A stretch of 37,869 nt of DNA from an uncultured Pseudomonadota bacterium. GTDB taxonomy: Bacteria; UBA10199; JACPAL01. The stretch is taken from assembly GCA_964460495.1 (NCBI GenBank), contig CAYWRF010000002.1, positions 1 to 37,869 on the forward strand. Direction: 5' to 3'. A program made the translations under genes and the position numbers. Below are positions 36,073 through 37,869 of the stretch, piece after piece (within the stretch, counting starts at the first letter, position 1; every line of letters starts with the position of its first letter). The notes under the pieces were generated by a model. The model made no database searches. It saw nothing but the letters and a program-made list of their open reading frames with translations, and was not told the origin of the DNA.

Positions 36073-36804
36073 ATGCGAGTCAGTAGCGTCGTCTTGGTCT
36101 CCCTCCTTTGGATCTCCGCAAGCGCTTGGGCTGGGGGAGTCAAACCAAAGTACGGTCTCCACGCGACGGTCCTTTCAGAATCCCATGACTTCTTTCGTCG
36201 AAACAAGGCACCCGACTTCTGGGCCTTGATCCCGCATTATGCAGCGCAAATCAACGAAAGGGCCTGTTCGGTTGCGAGTGTCGCGATGGTGATCAACGCG
36301 GCCCGTGCCGGCCAGGACCTTTCTTCAGACGAGAGGCTGGTGACTCAGCAGGAACTCCTGCAAAGAGTCGACGGCCCGTTTTGGAGAGAGGCGGTCGGGT
36401 CCTCCGGTCATGGAGTCACGCTCGCCCAGCTGGGAGCCCTGGTTGCAAAGGCGCTCAAGGCCTACGGACTGAAGGGGTCAGTGGAGGTTGTCACGATAAA
36501 AGACACTTCCAACTCCTCAAAAAAGGCCTTCCGCGAGGCACTCAAGGTCAATGAGATGTCGGCGGGCGGCTTTCTGATTGCCAATTTTTTGCAGGGGTCA
36601 CTCACGGGTGACGCGATGGTGGGGCATATCGCCCCGATCGGCGCCTACGATCAAAAGAAGGGGGCTGTCCTGATCCTCGATCCCGATCGGGAGTGGTACG
36701 AGCCGTATTGGGTCGGAGAGGAAACGCTCCTTTCTGCGATGGCAACCCGGGATGAGCGGTTTGGCGAATATCGCGGCTACATCATTCTTTATATCCCCTT
36801 GTAG
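36073..36804 (+). CDS. secreted phytochelatin-synthase-like papain-fold protein (bacterial PCS/C83-type; likely glutathione-processing)
   Basis: ATG 36073 (the supplied ORF starts at TTG 36070); signal peptide; CSVASVAMVINA (catalytic Cys context) and GHIAPIGAYDQKKGAVLILDPDREWYEPYWV, matching PCS GHFSPIGGY…LILDVARFKYPPHWV. Confidence 0.65.
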   Translation: MRVSSVVLVSLLWISASAWAGGVKPKYGLHATVLSESHDFFRRNKAPDFWALIPHYAAQINERACSVASVAMVINAARAGQDLSSDERLVTQQELLQRVDGPFWREAVGSSGHGVTLAQLGALVAKALKAYGLKGSVEVVTIKDTSNSSKKAFREALKVNEMSAGGFLIANFLQGSLTGDAMVGHIAPIGAYDQKKGAVLILDPDREWYEPYWVGEETLLSAMATRDERFGEYRGYIILYIPL

Positions 36805-36834
36805 TTTACGGCAAGTTTGCATAGTGTACAGGGT

Positions 36835-37869
36835 ATGCGGCCTTCCGCCTTTTATAAAGGGTACCATTGGCCCCATATCCTCTTTTTTGGGTTCACACCG
36901 CTCCTTGCGGCCGGCGGGATTGTCTGGGTTTTTTTGGCGGGCGGCCCCCATGGGGCCACTTGGGTCCTGACCCTCTTGATGTTCCTCGCCTGCGGGATCA
37001 GCACAACCGGAGGGTATCATCGATGTTTTTCCCATCAAAGTTATTCGGCCACCCTTCCCGTACGCCTCTTTTATCTTTTGTTTGGGGCGGGGTCGTTTGA
37101 GGGATCGGCCCGGTGGTGGGTTTGTCAGCACCGCTATCATCACCTTTATACGGATACGGAAAAGGATCCCTACGGAATCAATAAAGGGTTCTGGCACGCC
37201 CATATCGGATGGCTCTTCAACAAGGATCAGAATCCTCCCAGTTTTGACAATGTGAAGGATCTGGATCAGGACCTTTTGTTTCGGCTTCAGCATCGTTTCT
37301 TTCCGGTTCTCGCGGTTGGGGTCGGTTTCCTTCTGCCAACCGCGGTTGCTTCGCTCTGGGGAGACCCCTGGGGCGGCTTCTTTTTTGCGGGATTAGGAAG
37401 GATGGTCATCAATCATCATGCCACCTTCTGCATTAATTCCGTTTGCCACTACGTTGGAAAGCAGCCCTATTCGGATGACGAACATAGCGGGCGTGACAGC
37501 TGGATTGCGGCCCTTCTGACTTACGGAGAGGGGTATCATAACTTCCATCACACGTTTCCGCAGGATTTCCGGAACGGGATTCGAGCCTTTCACTGGGATC
37601 CGACAAAGTGGTTTATTCAGATCCTTGGGCTGACCGGTTTAGCCGGAAAGTTTTGCCTCGCACAAAAGGAAAAAATTCTGGCGGCGAAGCTGATGATGGA
37701 ACAAAAACAGTTTGTCCGTTCCCTTCGACATCAACCGGAGGCGATAAGACAGAAGGCGGAGGAGATGATCCGCTCCGCAAGAATCCGTCTTCAAGGTGCC
37801 TCTGTCCGGTTTGCAGAGATTCAGAAAAACTTGCAGGAGGCGCGTCGGGCCCGCGTGGCCTCATGGAAC
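36835..37869 (+). CDS. acyl-CoA (delta-9-type) fatty-acid desaturase; partial, runs off the window end
   Basis: ATG 36835; His boxes HRCFSH, HRYHH, HNFHH; 4 TM segments; not in the ORF table because it has no stop in the window. Confidence 0.85.
   Translation, partial: MRPSAFYKGYHWPHILFFGFTPLLAAGGIVWVFLAGGPHGATWVLTLLMFLACGISTTGGYHRCFSHQSYSATLPVRLFYLLFGAGSFEGSARWWVCQHRYHHLYTDTEKDPYGINKGFWHAHIGWLFNKDQNPPSFDNVKDLDQDLLFRLQHRFFPVLAVGVGFLLPTAVASLWGDPWGGFFFAGLGRMVINHHATFCINSVCHYVGKQPYSDDEHSGRDSWIAALLTYGEGYHNFHHTFPQDFRNGIRAFHWDPTKWFIQILGLTGLAGKFCLAQKEKILAAKLMMEQKQFVRSLRHQPEAIRQKAEEMIRSARIRLQGASVRFAEIQKNLQEARRARVASWN

Overview
The window is 37.9 kb of high-GC bacterial chromosome, densely coded on both strands. 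I cannot assign a taxon from sequence alone.

**Core genes.** Partial uvrC, then uvrB preceded by a sodium:alanine symporter gene. The block carD-ispD-ispF-cysS keeps the same order as in Mycobacterium and many other phyla. Also present: tRNA-Phe(GAA), an S8 subtilisin, comEA, an ispB-like polyprenyl synthase, glpK, a zinc alcohol dehydrogenase, groES-groEL, mnmE, a DEAD-box helicase and a partial fatty-acid desaturase.

**Less ordinary genes.**
- A PilZ protein next to a glycine-rich RRM RNA-binding protein.
- A 1626-aa secreted protein with ASH/PKD-like repeats and an HEIGHxxGLxH metzincin motif, translationally coupled (GTGA) to a Cys-rich lipoprotein.
- A TIGR02147-like HTH protein followed by two lipoproteins.
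- A fusion ORF joining a shortened Dph6/MJ0570-type PP-loop ATPase domain to a hypoxanthine-DNA-glycosylase (UDG family 6) domain.
- A thiol-redox cluster: a membrane glutaredoxin, Bcp peroxiredoxin, a small zinc-ribbon membrane protein, an SPFH protein and a phytochelatin-synthase-like protein. It sits beside a truncated ABC-F gene remnant.

**Non-coding highlights.**
- A 150-bp MITE-like repeat family that does not match anything I recognise. It has CAG(N2)TGTTGACAAA termini, three full copies, and 4-bp target duplications CTAA, TTAA and CTAG. All three fit the IS5-type YTAR target.
- One further internally deleted copy. The copy upstream of mnmE ends 6 bp before its start codon.
- Two copies that are 97% identical inverted repeats bracketing bcp, the zinc-ribbon gene and the SPFH gene.
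- Three close matches to the sigma54 -24/-12 consensus TGGCAC-N5-TTGCW. Two of them share an upstream 14-mer, GTTCGAAATCCGGA, at enhancer-like positions. This suggests one enhancer-binding protein co-regulates the giant protease operon and a small-ORF-comEA operon.

Several palindromes, direct repeats and GTGA start/stop overlaps are listed separately. No CRISPR array, rRNA gene or integrase/transposase ORF was seen.
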